From positions 134,850,001 to 134,914,000 of the forward strand of contig OZ360220.1 of the NCBI GenBank assembly GCA_977017645.1: a stretch of 64,000 nt of DNA, given 5' to 3'. The notes below the pieces were generated by a model, which saw nothing but the letters and a program-made list of their open reading frames with translations, did not search any database and was not told where the DNA came from. Shown here piece after piece: positions 22,282-35,956 of the stretch (its first letter is position 1; each line of letters opens with the position of its first letter). Position numbers and translations under genes: made by a program. The stretch comes from Torpedo marmorata. Lineage: Eukaryota.

Positions 22282-23156
22282 TGTTACAAATTCAAACCAG
22301 CAACGACAGAAGACACAATGCAAAAGTGGTAAAATTAAAATTTATATTTATTAAAGACAATTAAACATATAATTTCACAACAATTAACCCCACTATAAAC
22401 ATCTATAAACACTATTCTTATCTAAAAGGTGTGTGTTGTGTGTGTGTATAAAGCCCAAACCATTACAGTCTGTGCCCAACCCTCATGTAAAAATGGAAAA
22501 ACTTTCCCCAAAAACCCCAGGTCAGTCATAAAAACAAGTCAGTCAAAAAAATAATACAGTCCACAAAAATTCACTCTCTATGTTCAGGATCCAAATTCAG
22601 CTCTGTGTGCTGGCCAGAAGAACTTCTCAATGAACGTTGGAGAGAGACAATGACTGTTTATGCTTACGAATACTTGGCTTGTTTTTCTTCTCTGATGACT
22701 CTCCCTTTTGGTAGAGATTCACGAGGATTGCAACTCCAAATCAGTATACCACTGATTGAGGCGTGTACTTGGATCTCACAGCTGGTCTCGCTGATCTCAC
22801 GCCTGTTCTCCACAAAAGTTGCTTTAACTCAGGATTTTTCTGAGCAGGAGGCCATGTGCTATTCTCCCAGCCTTTTTCCCTGGGATGCACAAGCCTGCAT
22901 TTTGCTGTGTTCTCTAGCCTTTGGAACTCCAAACTGCCACTGAACCTCAATGCTTTTTGCAGAGATTTGCACCTGCTTTTGCAAAAGTGCAACAAAGTAT
23001 CTTTTCCACAGCCTGTCTCTCTCTGGTCTCTCTCTGGGTACACCAAGTCCTGGGCAAGTTAACTCTTTCAGTACCTGGTCCCAGTGTGTACTCCAAAAGA
23101 CTTCATCCTTCCTGCTGACCGACCGCAGTCCAAATGGTCAGTCATGGTCCATAACA
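22282..23156 (-). repeat. 3' LTR of the Gmr1-type element
   Basis: Direct repeat of 27193-28068. Confidence 0.93.
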
Positions 23157-24316
23157 CCTCCCACCCACAAAGAAAATTTTGGTCTGCAAAAACAAAATTT
23201 TAGAAATTGAGGTGTAACAATATAAACAAAACCCATAATGTTCCTCCACAAATACAAAATATAAACTATTTTCATTGATAAAATTTAACATCTAGAAAGA
23301 CAATCAGCAATTACATTTTCTTTCCCTTTCATATCTGTTATTACCAAATCATATTCTTGCAAAATTAGACTCCAATTCAACAACCGTCGATTCTTATTTT
23401 TCATTTTACAAAGAAAAACCAATGGATTATGGTCAGTATACACTATGAGTGGTTTTTGAGCTGTACAGATATAAACATCAAAGTGTTGTAAAGCCAACAC
23501 AAGAGCCAACAACTCTTTTTCAATGGTTGAATAATTCCTTTGATGATCATTGAACTTCTTCGAGAAGTAGGATACCGGATGGTCAATGTCCTCTTCGTTC
23601 TTCTTCTGTAACAGCACCACGCCCACAGCTTCATCGCTGGCATCCACGGCTAAAGAAAACGGCTGTTCTAAATTAGGTGACTTAAGCACAGGTTGGTGGC
23701 ATAACATGGCTTTCAATTTGACAAATGCTTCCTGACAACCTGTCGACCATACAAATTTTTCTCTCTTTCTAAGCAAATTTGTGAGGGGGAGCGCAAGATC
23801 AGCAAAGTTTTTACAGAACTTGCAGTAGTAGCCAATCATTCCCAGGAACCTCCTCAGAATTTTCTTACCAGTTGGAACAGGGAACTCGGAAATAGTCACA
23901 ACCTTTGCCTCTACATAACCCAGAGAATTAACAGTCCCATGACGCTCTCTGAAACTGGTTTATCTGTCTCCTCCTTACCCCTGTCAATAACCAGCACCTC
24001 TGGTAAATGTTCAGTCTCTTTGTTCGGCACCTGTTCAAAATATGGCTTAATCATATCCACATGACAGACCTGTGTGTCTCGTCTACGATTAGGTGTTTCT
24101 GTAACATAAGTGACATCATTAATTTTTGACTTAACTCTGAAGGGTCCTGAAAATCTAGCCCTAAGAGGATTTGAAAGGATGGGAAACAGAACTAATACAT
24201 TCTCACCAGGTTTAAAAGTTCTCATCTTAGCCTGTCGATCATACCAAACCTTAATTCTCTGTTGAGTGGCCTTTAAATTCTCCTTTGCCATCTTACAAGC
24301 CCTATTCAACCGATCC

Positions 24317-25339
24317 TTAAATTTTGAAACAATCTAACATATTTAAATGCACATCACGATTAATCCACTGTTCTTTTAATAATCTTAAAGGACCTCTCAC
24401 CTCATGTCCGAAAACTAACTCAAATGGACTAAAACCAAGTGATTCTTGGACAGACTCCCTCGCTGCAAATAACAACAAATGAACCCCCTCATCCCAATCC
24501 TTTTCCTTCTCACAACAATAGGTTCTAATCATGTTTTTCAAAGTCGAATGGAACCTCTCCAAGGCCCCTTGACTTTCTGGATGGTACGCAGAGGATACAA
24601 TCGGTTTCACTCCCAGTCCATCAACCACTTGTTGGAAAACGCCTGACATGAAATTACTGCCCTGATCTGATTGAATTTCCCTTGGCAAACCTACCAAGGT
24701 GAAAAACTTTACCATAGCCTTTACAATAGACTTTGCTTTAATGTTTCTCAGAGGAATGGCCTCTGGAAATCTGGTGGCTGCACGCATAATTGTTAACAAA
24801 TACTCATTCCCCGCTTTGGTTTTGGGCAATGGGCCAACACAGTCCACAATTACTCTCGAGAAAGGCTCACTGAAAGCAGGGATAGGTTGCAAGGGTGCCA
24901 CCGGGGGACCCTGATTAGGTTTACCCACCACCTGACAAGTGTGACAGGCCAGGCAAAAGCTTACAACCTCCCTTCTCAAACTGGGCCAATAAAATTGTTT
25001 CATTATCTTCCTTATAGTTTTCTTCACCCCAAGGTGACCACCTAAGGGTGTACTATGAGCCAAAATTATTATTGTATTCCTATATAATTTAGGGATCACA
25101 ACCTGCTGCACTACTGCCCATTCTTCATTGGCAGGAACATCACATGGTCTCCACTTTCTCATCAACACCCCATCTTTTTCATAATAACCCACTGGCAACT
25201 TTTTAATCTCCTCTTCAGAGAGAACCTTATCCCTCACCTCAGCAAGATCAGGATCGTCCTTTTGCCTTGCTATTAGCTCCTGTTGGGATAGTGACAAATC
25301 TGTGCCTTTAGGTGTCTTATCAGTGGATGGGTGTAACAT
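24317..25339 (-). pseudogene. Gypsy integrase (HHCC + DDE)
   Basis: AH...GGHLG...C..C, VIVDCVGPLP, IQSDQGSNF, YHPESQGALER. Confidence 0.9.
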
Positions 25340-27175
25340 AGGAGATTGCTTAACCTTTTACAGGTTTTCTTGATGATCACTGTCTTTTTCTTTCACCAAG
25401 TTATTTTCCACTGCCTTCTCTACAGTGACATTTTTCTTAGACATGCCGGATAAATATCAGAGTCTTTCTCTGACTTATCAATGACTGGCTTAGTGGTCAT
25501 TCACACTGCAGGAACTACTTTACCCTTGGCATAGTCATTGCCTAGCAACAGTGAGACTACTTCTACTGGCAACTCTGATCTCACTCCTATTATAACAGGT
25601 CCTTCCACCAAGTCTGAGTCCAACACTATTTTATGCAAAGGAATGGACTCAATATCACCCCCAATTCCTTTAATTAAATTTATGTCACCAGTGTCAGTAG
25701 CTTCACAAAATTCCAAGACACTATCTAACACAAGTGACTGAGCAGCTCCAGTATCTCGCAAGATTTTCACTGGAACTTGTTTTGATCCTGCCTTAACTGA
25801 AACAAAACCATCAGTCACAAAAGGTTTAAATACATCTCTAACTTTGTCAGTAAATTTATCTCCTTCCTGGGTGTTATGCCTCTTCTCACTCTGAATACAA
25901 GCATTAGGTGTTGCATCCTTTTCTCTCTTCCTTTTCAACACTGGACAGCTTGCTAGCATGTGACCAGCCTTCCTACAGTAGTGGCAAATGGGACCCGAAG
26001 GGTTTTCCCTTTTCCTTCATCCCTTTCCTTAACACCACTTCCAAATTTACTTTCCACTTGCTTGGGATTATCCACAGTGACCTTTTGGAAAATTCTACCT
26101 GACGTCCACTTAGGCTTGTGGGTTAAAGCATATTCATCTGCTAACTTAGCTGAATTTTGCCAAGTTTTCACTTCCTTTTCATCTAAGTATGCCTTAATAT
26201 CGTCAGGAACACACCTTTTTATCTCCTCGATTATTATCAATTCTCTCAATTGATTGTAATCATTGTTTACCGCCTTAGATGTGCACCACCGGTCAAAACA
26301 CACAACCTTTTCATAGGCAAACTCTGTGTAAGATTGGGTTGCTGATCTTTTTAAATTTCTAAACTTCTGTCTATAAGCCTCTGGAACTAACTGGAGTATA
26401 GCCTTTTTCACCGTTTCATAATCAGCAGCTTGCTCTGTGGTAAGAGTAGAATAAGCTTGCTGAGCTTTTCCTTTTATTACACTTTGTAACATAAGAGCCC
26501 ATTGGTCTTGTGGCCATTTTAATTTCACAGCCACCTTCTCAAAATGTTGGAAGTACTTATCTATTTCTGCCTCCTCAAATGGAGGAACCAACCTAACTTC
26601 TCAACTCGCCAAAAACCCCACAACAGGATGACGAATTTGATCTTGGTGCTCTTCTTGTCTCCTCTCTTTTTCCAACTTTATCTTTTCCAGCATATATATC
26701 CTATTTTTCTCCTCGTTCTCTAAGTCTAATCTCTTTTGTTCCAATTCCAATTTCTTTTGTTCCCTGTCTACCTCCAATTCTAATTTCTTTTGTTCCCTGG
26801 CTGCCTCCAATTCCAATTTCTTTATTTCCAACTGTATGTTTTCAGAAGGTTTACCCTTGGGAAACTGCTCTAACACGCTCTCCTCAAACTTTTTTTCTTT
26901 TATATAGTATTTGACAATTTTTCTCCCAATCTCTGCCTTTTTCATAAATGATTTTACAGAAGCAATGCCCAACCCTGTTGCTATAGCCACTAACTGTTCC
27001 TTTTTAGCCTTTTTTAAAGTATCAGGTTCAGGTGATTCCAAAAATTTTCCTACATCCATTGTTGCTGGTTTTTCGTTACACACACACTAGCTTTTAATTA
27101 GCTTTACAAAAGGAATGTCTTAAACCAGAATGGGATTCCTTCAACTACCAAGATGGATTTTTAATTCAAATCCAA

Positions 27176-27188
27176 GGACGAGCCCCCA
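27176..27188 (-). other. Primer-binding site, tRNA-Pro
   Basis: TGGGGGCTCGTCC is complementary to the tRNA-Pro 3' end. Confidence 0.85.
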
Positions 27189-27192
27189 ATTT

Positions 27193-28068
27193 TGTTACAA
27201 ATTCAAACCAGCAACGACAGAAGACGCAATGCAAAAGGGGTAATATTGAAATTTATATTTATTAAAGACAATTAAACATATAATTTCACAACAATTAACC
27301 CCACTATAAACGTCTATAAACACTATTCTTATCTAAAAGGTGTGTGTGTGTGTGCAAAGTCCAGACCATTACAGTCTGTGCCCAACCCTCATGTAAAAAT
27401 GGAAAAACTTTCCCCAAAAACCCCAGGTCATTCATAAAAACAAGTCAGTCAGAAAAATAATACAGTCCACAAAAATTCACTCTCTATGTTCAGGATCCAA
27501 ATTCAGCTCTGTGTGCTGGCCAGAAGGACTTCTCAATGAACGTTGGAGAGAGACAATGACTGTTTATGCTTACGAATATTTGGCTTGTTTTTCTTCTCTG
27601 ATGACTCTCCCTTTTGGTAGAGATTCACGAGGATTGCAACTCCAAATCAGTCTACCACTGATTGAGGCGTGTACTTGGACCTCACAGCTGGTCTCGCTGA
27701 TCTCACGCCTGTTCTCCACAAAAGTTGCTTTAACTCAGGATTTTTCTGAGACAGGAGGCCATGTGCTATTCTCCCAGCCTTTTTCCCTGGGATGCACAAG
27801 CCTGCATTTTGCTGTGTTCTCTAGCCTTTGGAACTCCAAACTGCCACTGAACCTCAATGCTTTTTGCAGAGGTTTGCACCTGCTTTTGCAAAAGTGCAAC
27901 AAAGTATCTTTTCCACAGCTTGTCTCTCTCTGGTCTCTTCTCTCTCTGGGTACACCAAGTCCTGGGCAAGTTAACTCTTTCAGTACCTGGTCCAAGTGTG
28001 TACTCCAAAAGACTTCATCCTTCCTGCTGACCGTCCGCAGTCCAAATGGTCAGTCATGGTCCATAACA
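27193..28068 (-). repeat. 5' LTR of the Gmr1-type element
   Basis: Direct repeat of 22282-23156; followed on the minus strand by the PBS. Confidence 0.93.
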
Positions 28069-28984
28069 GTACACCGAGGAGAGCTTGCATGGATCCAAGC
28101 TACACCAGTCTTTTGGGTTGATCTAGTACAGTTCACATTTCAGTCTCCATGCTTCACCCCTTTTGAAGATATATTGATGACTGCACTACTTCTGTTCCTT
28201 TTACTTGTACAGAACTGGAAACTGTTTTCTGCCAACTTCAGCCCTGCTCACTTTCTCATGGCCCATAATTGATTCTTAATTTTCTGTCTACATGTTTGCA
28301 TAGCAATCAACATCCATTATAACCACACCAATTCCTGCTGCTATCTTAACACCTCTGCTCCTCCCACCTAGAGTGATGAATCCTCACCTTCTACCCCACC
28401 AACAAAATGTCCTTCATATGTTCCACCACTTCAACAAGGTTCTTCCACCAGACACAGCTTCACCTCTCCTTTCAATATTCTGAAGGGATCGTTCCTTCCA
28501 CAATTCCTTGGTTCAGTATTCCACCAATCTGCACTCCCCTTTCCATGGCACCTTTGCACACAACTTCGGGGGTTGCAAAACCTGCCCTTGTGCTTCTTCG
28601 CCCATCCCACTACTCAGGATCCTAATAGTCCATCCAGGTGAGGCAGCAATCCACTCACTTTTCTTCCAACTTAGTGCTCATGAGCTTATCTGCATTGGAA
28701 AAAATTAATGCAAACTGGGTTTGCAGCTTGCCTCCCTTCAACCCACAAAGGTGATACTGAGTTTTCAGTTGCCTGTCACTTTAATTCTCAATCACACTCT
28801 TATGCTAGTCTCACACACAGTTCAAATAAAGCTCAACACAGCCTGAGCAACAGCAACTCATCTTCTGTCTACACAAGTGGCAGTCCTCGGGACATGAACT
28901 CACCAACTTCAGATAACCAGCCTTTCCAGTGTGTGTCAAAACTGCACAGCTCTTATACAAGGACAAACATCTGCAGCATTAGAG

Positions 28985-29200
28985 TCACAAGTCTGCAGAT
29001 GCTGGAATCTAGAGCAGAGAAACTGCTGGAGGGACTCGGTAGATCAGGCAGCATCCACTGGGGGGGTGGGGGAGGTGAAATGGACAATCGACATTTCGGG
29101 TCAGAACCCTGCTTCAGGGCTAAGGAGAGGAAAGACGGACAATGTTAATGAGAGGGAGAGGAGTGTCAGTATGTAGACCAAGGAGGGTTGAAAGATGATA
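28985..29200 (-). mobile_element. Short PLE 3'-end/non-autonomous fragment with a degenerate hammerhead motif (29085-29120)
   Basis: Plus-strand ctgcagatgctggaatc...ctgctggag; minus strand CTGAAGC-A-GGGT-tctg-ACCC-GAAA-TG-TC. Confidence 0.6.
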
Positions 29201-30924
29201 GACGGATATTCAACAAGTCTCTAACTTCTTGCATTCTATTATTATCCCCCATACAACTTATTAAACATTTGGAAATTGTGCTCTGATGCCAAGGGTGTCA
29301 TTAACATGTTAATAACAGTGGAGTTTCAGGCAGACCCTCAAACTCCACTGTACAATTTCTTGCAGTCTGAAAAACAAAACTTCACGACTACATTTCCCCA
29401 TCTTTTGGACAATTTTCCATCATTTAAACAATTTCCCATTCATTCCGCCCCAGCCTCCTTTATTCCACAGTCTTTAGTTTTGGTAAAAAGCATAAATATC
29501 ATACTTTATAAAGTGTCTTATGAAAGTTCTTAAATTCCACATCAACCCTCTCTAATAAAATTCATACTGGTTTGCCGAATCAAGTGACAATTAATTCTGC
29601 CCTTTTTTAAAGTTTCTAAAATTTTCCCCAGCACCCAAGTTCCATTGGCTGGCCTGTCGTTGCTGAGTTTACCCTTGTTTGTTTTTTGAACAGCAGTGTA
29701 CTTTTTGGAATTCTCCAGTCCTCACCCTCAAACAACACTTATGAAATTAATGGAGATACAAGGATTAGACTTGAAGGACCAATCAGCCTACATCTTCTAA
29801 TTCTTATCTAATCCCTGCACCTACAGGTATTTGGAAGATTATGGCTGGGGCCTCTGGAATTTTTCCCTTCAGCAAAGCATAGGCTGTTCCTGGATTACGA
29901 ACACCCAGTTTATAGGCACTCCTACATACGAACAAGCTTCCATAATATTATTACGTTCAAAATTTTGATGCCCGTTCATATGTTCATTCCTACAGGTGGC
30001 AGAACTAATTTCTTCTCTCCAATTTAGTACTTTTCTTTCTTCTCCATCTTGTGCTTTTGATTCCATTCATTGCAATACTGTGGAGGTATGGCTACTGTAT
30101 CGATGATTTTTGTGTTATTTTCCAACTTACAGACATCTGTAAAAGCAGAATCCTTTTGTTACTCAAGAATGGGATGTCGGCTGAAAACCACCTGCTCCAG
30201 ATGATTTATCCAGTTCAATCATACAGCTAGCCTTCCGAGATTTTTCGTGCATCCAGTATTTAAACTGCAACCTCCTTTGCCAAGACTCTTGCAGCAGTTT
30301 CTTCCTTAATAAAACCGTAAGTACTTATTTACTAACTCATCCATTTTCTCTGCCTTGATCCAATATGTTACAAAATGATGTAACCCTACAGATAAAGAGG
30401 GAAGTCTTCAATACTGTATACATTAAACTCAAATAAGTAGCCTAATGGTAAAAGGACAAAAATACTACCCCGAGGCAATAAGGAATTGGAAAATAATATT
30501 TCTGTACACTACAAATGCTTAAAATTAAATACTTTATACTACAAAATAAAAATTCTTCAAAGTGGATTTATCAAGCCTAAGTACACAGCCAAATGCTATC
30601 GACAATTCACTGCTCTCCTGAGACTGCACTCAAGCTGCGTAATTTAGCAAGAACCAAATCTCATTACTTAATAATGACTTGTTTGTTTTTTTTTTGTTCA
30701 TTAGCAGCACAAAGTCTGGAAATGTTAGGAGGCAAGAAACGGGCTTAAGAGAGAAGACAACAAGGCAATGGAAGGTGGAATTATACTGTGTGACTCAGCT
30801 TGCAAAAAATTACAATAATGAATAGAATGATAAGAGTCCTTTATTTTATTTCAGCATCTTCCCTATCAATTCAGGATAGAACCAAAGAACACTGCAGCAC
30901 AGAAACAGGCCCATCTAGTCCATG

Positions 30925-32820
30925 CCGAATGGACAGGTAGTAAACGTGACTTTACCATTGATGCTAAGAATCCTGAGGAGAGCTCGAATGGAACATGAGA
31001 AGGCCTTGGCAAGTAGGATAAAGGAGAACCCCAAGGCGTTCTATACGTATGTGAAGAACAGAAGGATGACGACAATGAAGGTGGGGCCGCTTAAGGATAA
31101 AGGAGGCAACATGTGCCTGGAGGTGGAGGAGGTTGGGGAGGTCCTAAATGAAAACTTTGCTTCGGTATTCACCAGAGAAAAGGACCTTGATCAGGGTGAG
31201 GTCGGAACAGAATAGGCTTGTGTGCTGGACAATGTTGAGATTAAGGAAGAGCAAGTGCAGGATCTTCTTAAAAACATTAAGATTGATAAGTCTCCCGGGA
31301 CGGACGCGGTATACCCCAGGTTGCTGTGGGAAGGGAGGGAAGAGATAGCTGGGGCATTGGCTATGATCTTTGAGTCCTCCTTGGCCACATGGAGGTGTTG
31401 GAGGATTGGAGAATGGCAAATGTGGTCCCCTTGTTTAAAGGCTGGCAAGTCTTACGTCAGTGGTGTGCAAACTATTGGAGAGGATTCTTAAGGATAGGAT
31501 TCATGAGCATTTGGAGAAGTACAGACTACTCAAGGATAATTAGCATGCTTTGTGAAGGGAAGGTCGTGCCTCATGAGCCTAATTGAGTTTTTTGTGGCAG
31601 TTAACAAAAGAAATTGATGAAGGTAGGGCAGTAGATGTGATCTACATGGATTTTTGTATGGCATTTGACAAGGTTCCCCATGGGAGACTCATTCAGAAAG
31701 TCTTGAGGCATGGGGATCCATGGAACCTTAGCTGTGTGGATTCAAAATTGGCTTGCACGAAGAAAGCAGAGAGTAGTAGTGAACAGAAAGTATTCTGCCT
31801 GGAGGTCAGTGACTAGTGGAGCTCAGCAGGGATCTGTTCTGGGACCCCTGCTCTTTGTGATTTTTATAAATGACATTGTTGAAGAAGCGGAAGGGTGGGT
31901 CAGTAGGTTTGCAGATGATATGAAGGTTGGAGGAGTTGTAGATAGTGTTGAAGGTTGTCTTAGGTTACTAATGATATAGACAGGATGCAGAGTTGGCAGG
32001 AAAAGTGGCAGATGGCATTCAATCCAGATAAGTATGAGGCGATGCATTTTGGAGGGTTAAACTTGAAGGCTGAATACAGGGTTAATGGTCGGATACTTAA
32101 CAGTGTGGAGGAACAGAGGGACCTTGGGGTCCAAATCATACATCTCCCAAGGTTTCCGTGCAGGTTAATAGGATAGTTAAGAAGGCCTATGGGATACTGG
32201 GCTTCATTAATAGGGGATTGAGTTCAAGAGGCGAGAGGTCATGTAGCAACTCTACAAATCTTTGGTGAGACCACAGTTAGAGTATTGCATTCAGTTCTGG
32301 TCACCTCATTATAGGAAGGATGTGGAAGCTATGAAGAGGGTGCAGAGGAGATTTACCAGGATGTTGCCTGGATTGGAAAATAAGTCTTATTAGGCAAGGT
32401 GAGCAGAGCTGGAACTTTTCTCTTTGGAGCGTAGAAGGATGAGAGGAGACTTGATAGAGGTCTACAAGATTCTGAGAGGCATAGACAGGGTGGACAGCTA
32501 GCGCCTTTTTCCCAGGGCAGGAATAGCAAACACCAGCGGACATCTCTACAAAGTGAAGGGAGGAAAGTTTAGGGGAGGTATCAGGGGTACGTTTTTTTTT
32601 CCCCATAGAGAGTTGTTGGTGCCTGGAATGCCTTGCCAGGGAAGGTGGTGGAGGCTGAAATATTAGGGGCATTTAAGAGACTCTTAGACAGGCACATGGA
32701 GGAAAGAAAAATAGAGGCTTATGAGGTAGGAAGGACTTACTTTTTTTGGTAGGAATATGTAGGTCAGCACAACATCGAGGGCCGAAAGGCCTGTACTGTG
32801 CTGTAATGTTCTATGTTCTA
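30925..32820 (+). mobile_element. CR1 LINE, 5'-truncated and frameshifted
   Basis: KENPKAFYTY, DKSPG.D, VDVIYMDF..AFDKVPH, QGSVLGPLLF, FADD; tail (ATGTTCT)n. Confidence 0.9.
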
Positions 32821-33459
32821 ATCCACCATCCCTCTCCCATGAAAAGAAAGTCACGAAAACACACTATCATTGATTTATCAGTTATTTAATTAACATGACA
32901 TTTTCCAATCATCAAACACCATTTACCTAATAATGATGATAATGAGCTTATTATTATATACATTGCACAATGTACATATACACCAAAATTTTTACTTGCT
33001 GCAACTGAAAAGGTACTTTCTAAAAACATACTAAATACTTAATTGAATTAAAAAGAAAATAAATACATAAAAATATAGATAATAAATAGTCACAGTATCC
33101 TCATGCAATAAAAGTGACTTAGCAATAGTGACCCATCAAAGCCAGTGATGTACAAGTTGCAAGTTTATGTGAACTTGCTAACTTCACTCTGCTAGTTGGC
33201 CTTAATCTGTCAATAAGAACCTATAAAAGTGACCCATTACAAAACCAAGAGTTACAGACATTTATTCAAAAGCCAGACTTGTCTCCTGAGACTTTTCTCT
33301 GATATTCTTAAGGTGTTTTATTCCAACAATTTGCTCTTCAGATGTGATCCGATATACTGTACTGAATATTATTCACACATTTGATGTTGAAAGAGGAAAT
33401 AAGGCATAATTCCCTTCACCTGTGAGTTTTATACACATCTTGGGCAATTTCTGTAACTT

Positions 33460-33935
33460 GCACTGCCAGACTGAGACCACCCACAAAATGAGGAACAACA
33501 CCTCATATTCCATCTGGGCACCCTCCAACCGGATGGCATTAACATTGGTTTTTGTTAGACCCCCCTCCCCCCCCCACCTATCCCTATTTCTCCTTTCCTC
33601 TTGCTTGGTCCCTCTCTCTTTCCTTTTCCCTCTGTCTCCTTTCCTCCAGCTCTGCATTCACAGAGCACCCCCTCCCCTGGTCAGTTCTCACCTTTCCTCT
33701 CCTGTCCTCCTATCCATATCCAATTATCACCTTTTGTCTGTTGGTCTGTGCTCCTCTCCCCTGCTCTTTCTTTCCTTCTCCCCAGCCTTTTAATTTTGGC
33801 GCCTGCCTGCTTTTTACTCATACCTTGAAGAAGGGCTCAGGGCAGAAATGTTGGTTATATATCTTTACCTCCTATGGATGTTCTGAGACCTGCTGAGTTT
33901 CTCCAGCATTTTTGTGTTTTTATTACAATTACAGC
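33460..33935 (+). mobile_element. PLE 3' fragment of a related subfamily, with a hammerhead-like motif (33819-33860)
   Basis: Homologous to 2570-2966 (gaggaacaacacctcatattcc...gacctgctgagt); catacc-TTGAAGA-A-GGGC...GAAA-TG-TT-ggttat. Confidence 0.8.
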
Positions 33936-34318
33936 ATGTGCAGACTTTCGTGTTTCGCTTCTGTAACTTCTTGCTCGGTAAATTATTAATTGCACTCCGA
34001 AATTATCTGCAAATAAGGTGAAATCACTCCCATCAAATGAATCAAGCAAACCATGAGCTGCTGGAGGAACGTAGATCAGGCAGCATCCATGGGTAGAAAT
34101 GGTCAATCAACATTTCGGGTCAGGACCCTTTATCAAGACTATTAGCAAAATGTATTACCTCACACTTGAGGTGGATTAAATTCCATCTACTACTGTTCCA
34201 CCCAACCTTCCAGCTGATCTATGGCCCTCTGCATCCTGAGGCAACCATCCTCGCTATCTACAATTACAGCAGTCTTCATGTCGTCCGCAAACTCACCCAT
34301 CCATGTCATTTACATATA

Positions 34319-35173
34319 TAGGCAGTCGCTGGGTTAAAAACGAGTTCCGTTACCTAGGTCTGCCTTTAACTCAAATTTGTATTTAAGTCGGAACAAGTAC
34401 ATATGGTCCTTATTTAGCGTCAGTTAGTCAAATGTTTATCTTAGTATATAGCATATATAGTATATATTTTACCTTTCTATGCATGTAAAACACTTAAGAA
34501 ACACTTCCAAATACAATTACAACATCTTAAACATAATAATACAGTACACAATTGGATGATGTAGGAGAAGATGATGGAGAGATGGCTACTGTTGGAGAGG
34601 ATAGCCCTGGTGCTGGAGAGTCAGGGTTTGATTCTGCTGCTGGAGAGGGGGGGGGTTTACTACTGGAGTCAATTTCTTGAAATAGGCATCAGGGAGGTTT
34701 GTACAGAGCTTTTCTTTTTCTCGTCATAAATGGCCTTAAATCCCCTGGTAGATTTGGTACGGTACAAATACAGTACAGGTGTATTAGGATTTTTGCCACG
34801 TGAAACTTGGAGGTGGAATCAGCTGCAAAGAAGCATCTGTTCATTTCTAGCTGCCTTCAACCCAAGGAGGCAGTAAAGAGTCACCAAACTGTTGGTTCAC
34901 GAGTCACTTGTAAACCAGACGAAATAAGAGTATACAGTACTGTACAGGTGCGATGTTCGAATCCGTACTTTTCAATTTCGAATCTGTTCCCGCGCTTGCA
35001 ATATGGAGTACGGTGGCAGCATTGCGCGAGAGTATCATACAGCATACTCTCTCGCGATGCTGACTCAATCACGCTCGAACCGGAAGTTGACGGCATTCTA
35101 CTTCCGGCCGGCTTGTCGGTTCGTAAGTACGAGTTGTTCGTAAATCGGACGTTTTTAACCCGGGGACTGCCTG
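34319..35173. mobile_element. Tigger-like MITE inserted in a CR1 fragment
   Basis: Imperfect TIRs (T/C)AGGCAGTC.C.GGGTTAAAAACG; TA flanks; minus-strand CR1 sequence resumes on both sides. Confidence 0.8.
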
Positions 35174-35956
35174 TACAACAAACAATAGAAGTCCAGCATT
35201 GATCCCTGCAGCACATAGCTGATTACAAACTTCCAGTTAAAAAAAAAACAACTCTCCACCACTCCCTCCTGTCACCAAGCCAATTTTGGATCCAGTTTTC
35301 CAGCAGACCTTGGATTGCATGTGACCCAACTTTCTGGACTAACTTTATTCATAGTTTATGCACTATCAGAATTATGCAGTTGAATGATGTCATGGATTCC
35401 TTTCAGGCATTCACAGACCTGGTCATTTCTCTGCAAGAGATACCAGATTGCTTCATTCAATTTCTCAGGGCTTATTACTATTAATTCTTATATTTATTAT
35501 AAGAACTTGGGTTTAACTAGACTGAATGTACTCAAATTCAAATAGGTCCTTATCAAACCTCTCGAATATTTCAAAGCATTCTTGAGGAGAAAAAATTGGA
35601 GGAGAGAGGAAAAACAGCAAAGAAATAATAACCTGGTTTGGAGTAAAAGTTACTGACCAGAACACTTGGAGGTCCAATACCTCAGGATGTTCTTGGTCTA
35701 CACGAGGATATACTGTAGATGAGAAACTGCACCTCCTAGTGCAGGACCTAAGTGATGCTTCAACCCTCAAAGGATTCAGAATTCATTTAGGTTATCCACA
35801 AGCACATTATCAAACATCTATGCACTTGGGAAGTTTTTGTTTTACATATTGCTGATATTTTGAAAAATATTAATTTGGTTTAAAATTGATAGCACAAATG
35901 AACCTAATTTCCTCTTGCAATACGATGATCTGCACAATTACATGCAAGAATCTTAA

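Larger units (their letters stand above)
22282..28068 (-). mobile_element. Ty3/Gypsy LTR retrotransposon, Gmr1-type (PR-INT-RT/RH order), RT core deleted
   Basis: About 875-bp LTRs TGT...ACA at 22282-23156 and 27193-28068; 4-bp TSD GTAC; tRNA-Pro PBS; PPT gggtgggagg; gag 27083-25953, protease RDTGA 25959-25501, integrase 25339-23911, RNase H 23899-23285. Confidence 0.93.
21600..28920 (+). mobile_element. Old degraded PLE split by the Gypsy element (parts about 21600-22190 and 28073-28920)
   Basis: Decayed DNA equivalents of IKPADKGGAVVVWRTDLY (about 21690), MGPSYA (about 28090) and PVA.HFNS.SHS (about 28770). Confidence 0.65.

Noticed and set aside
27511-28272. 253-aa ORF overlapping the LTR (shorter version at 22605-22943)
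   Set aside because: The frame is not conserved between the two LTRs and has no recognisable domain.
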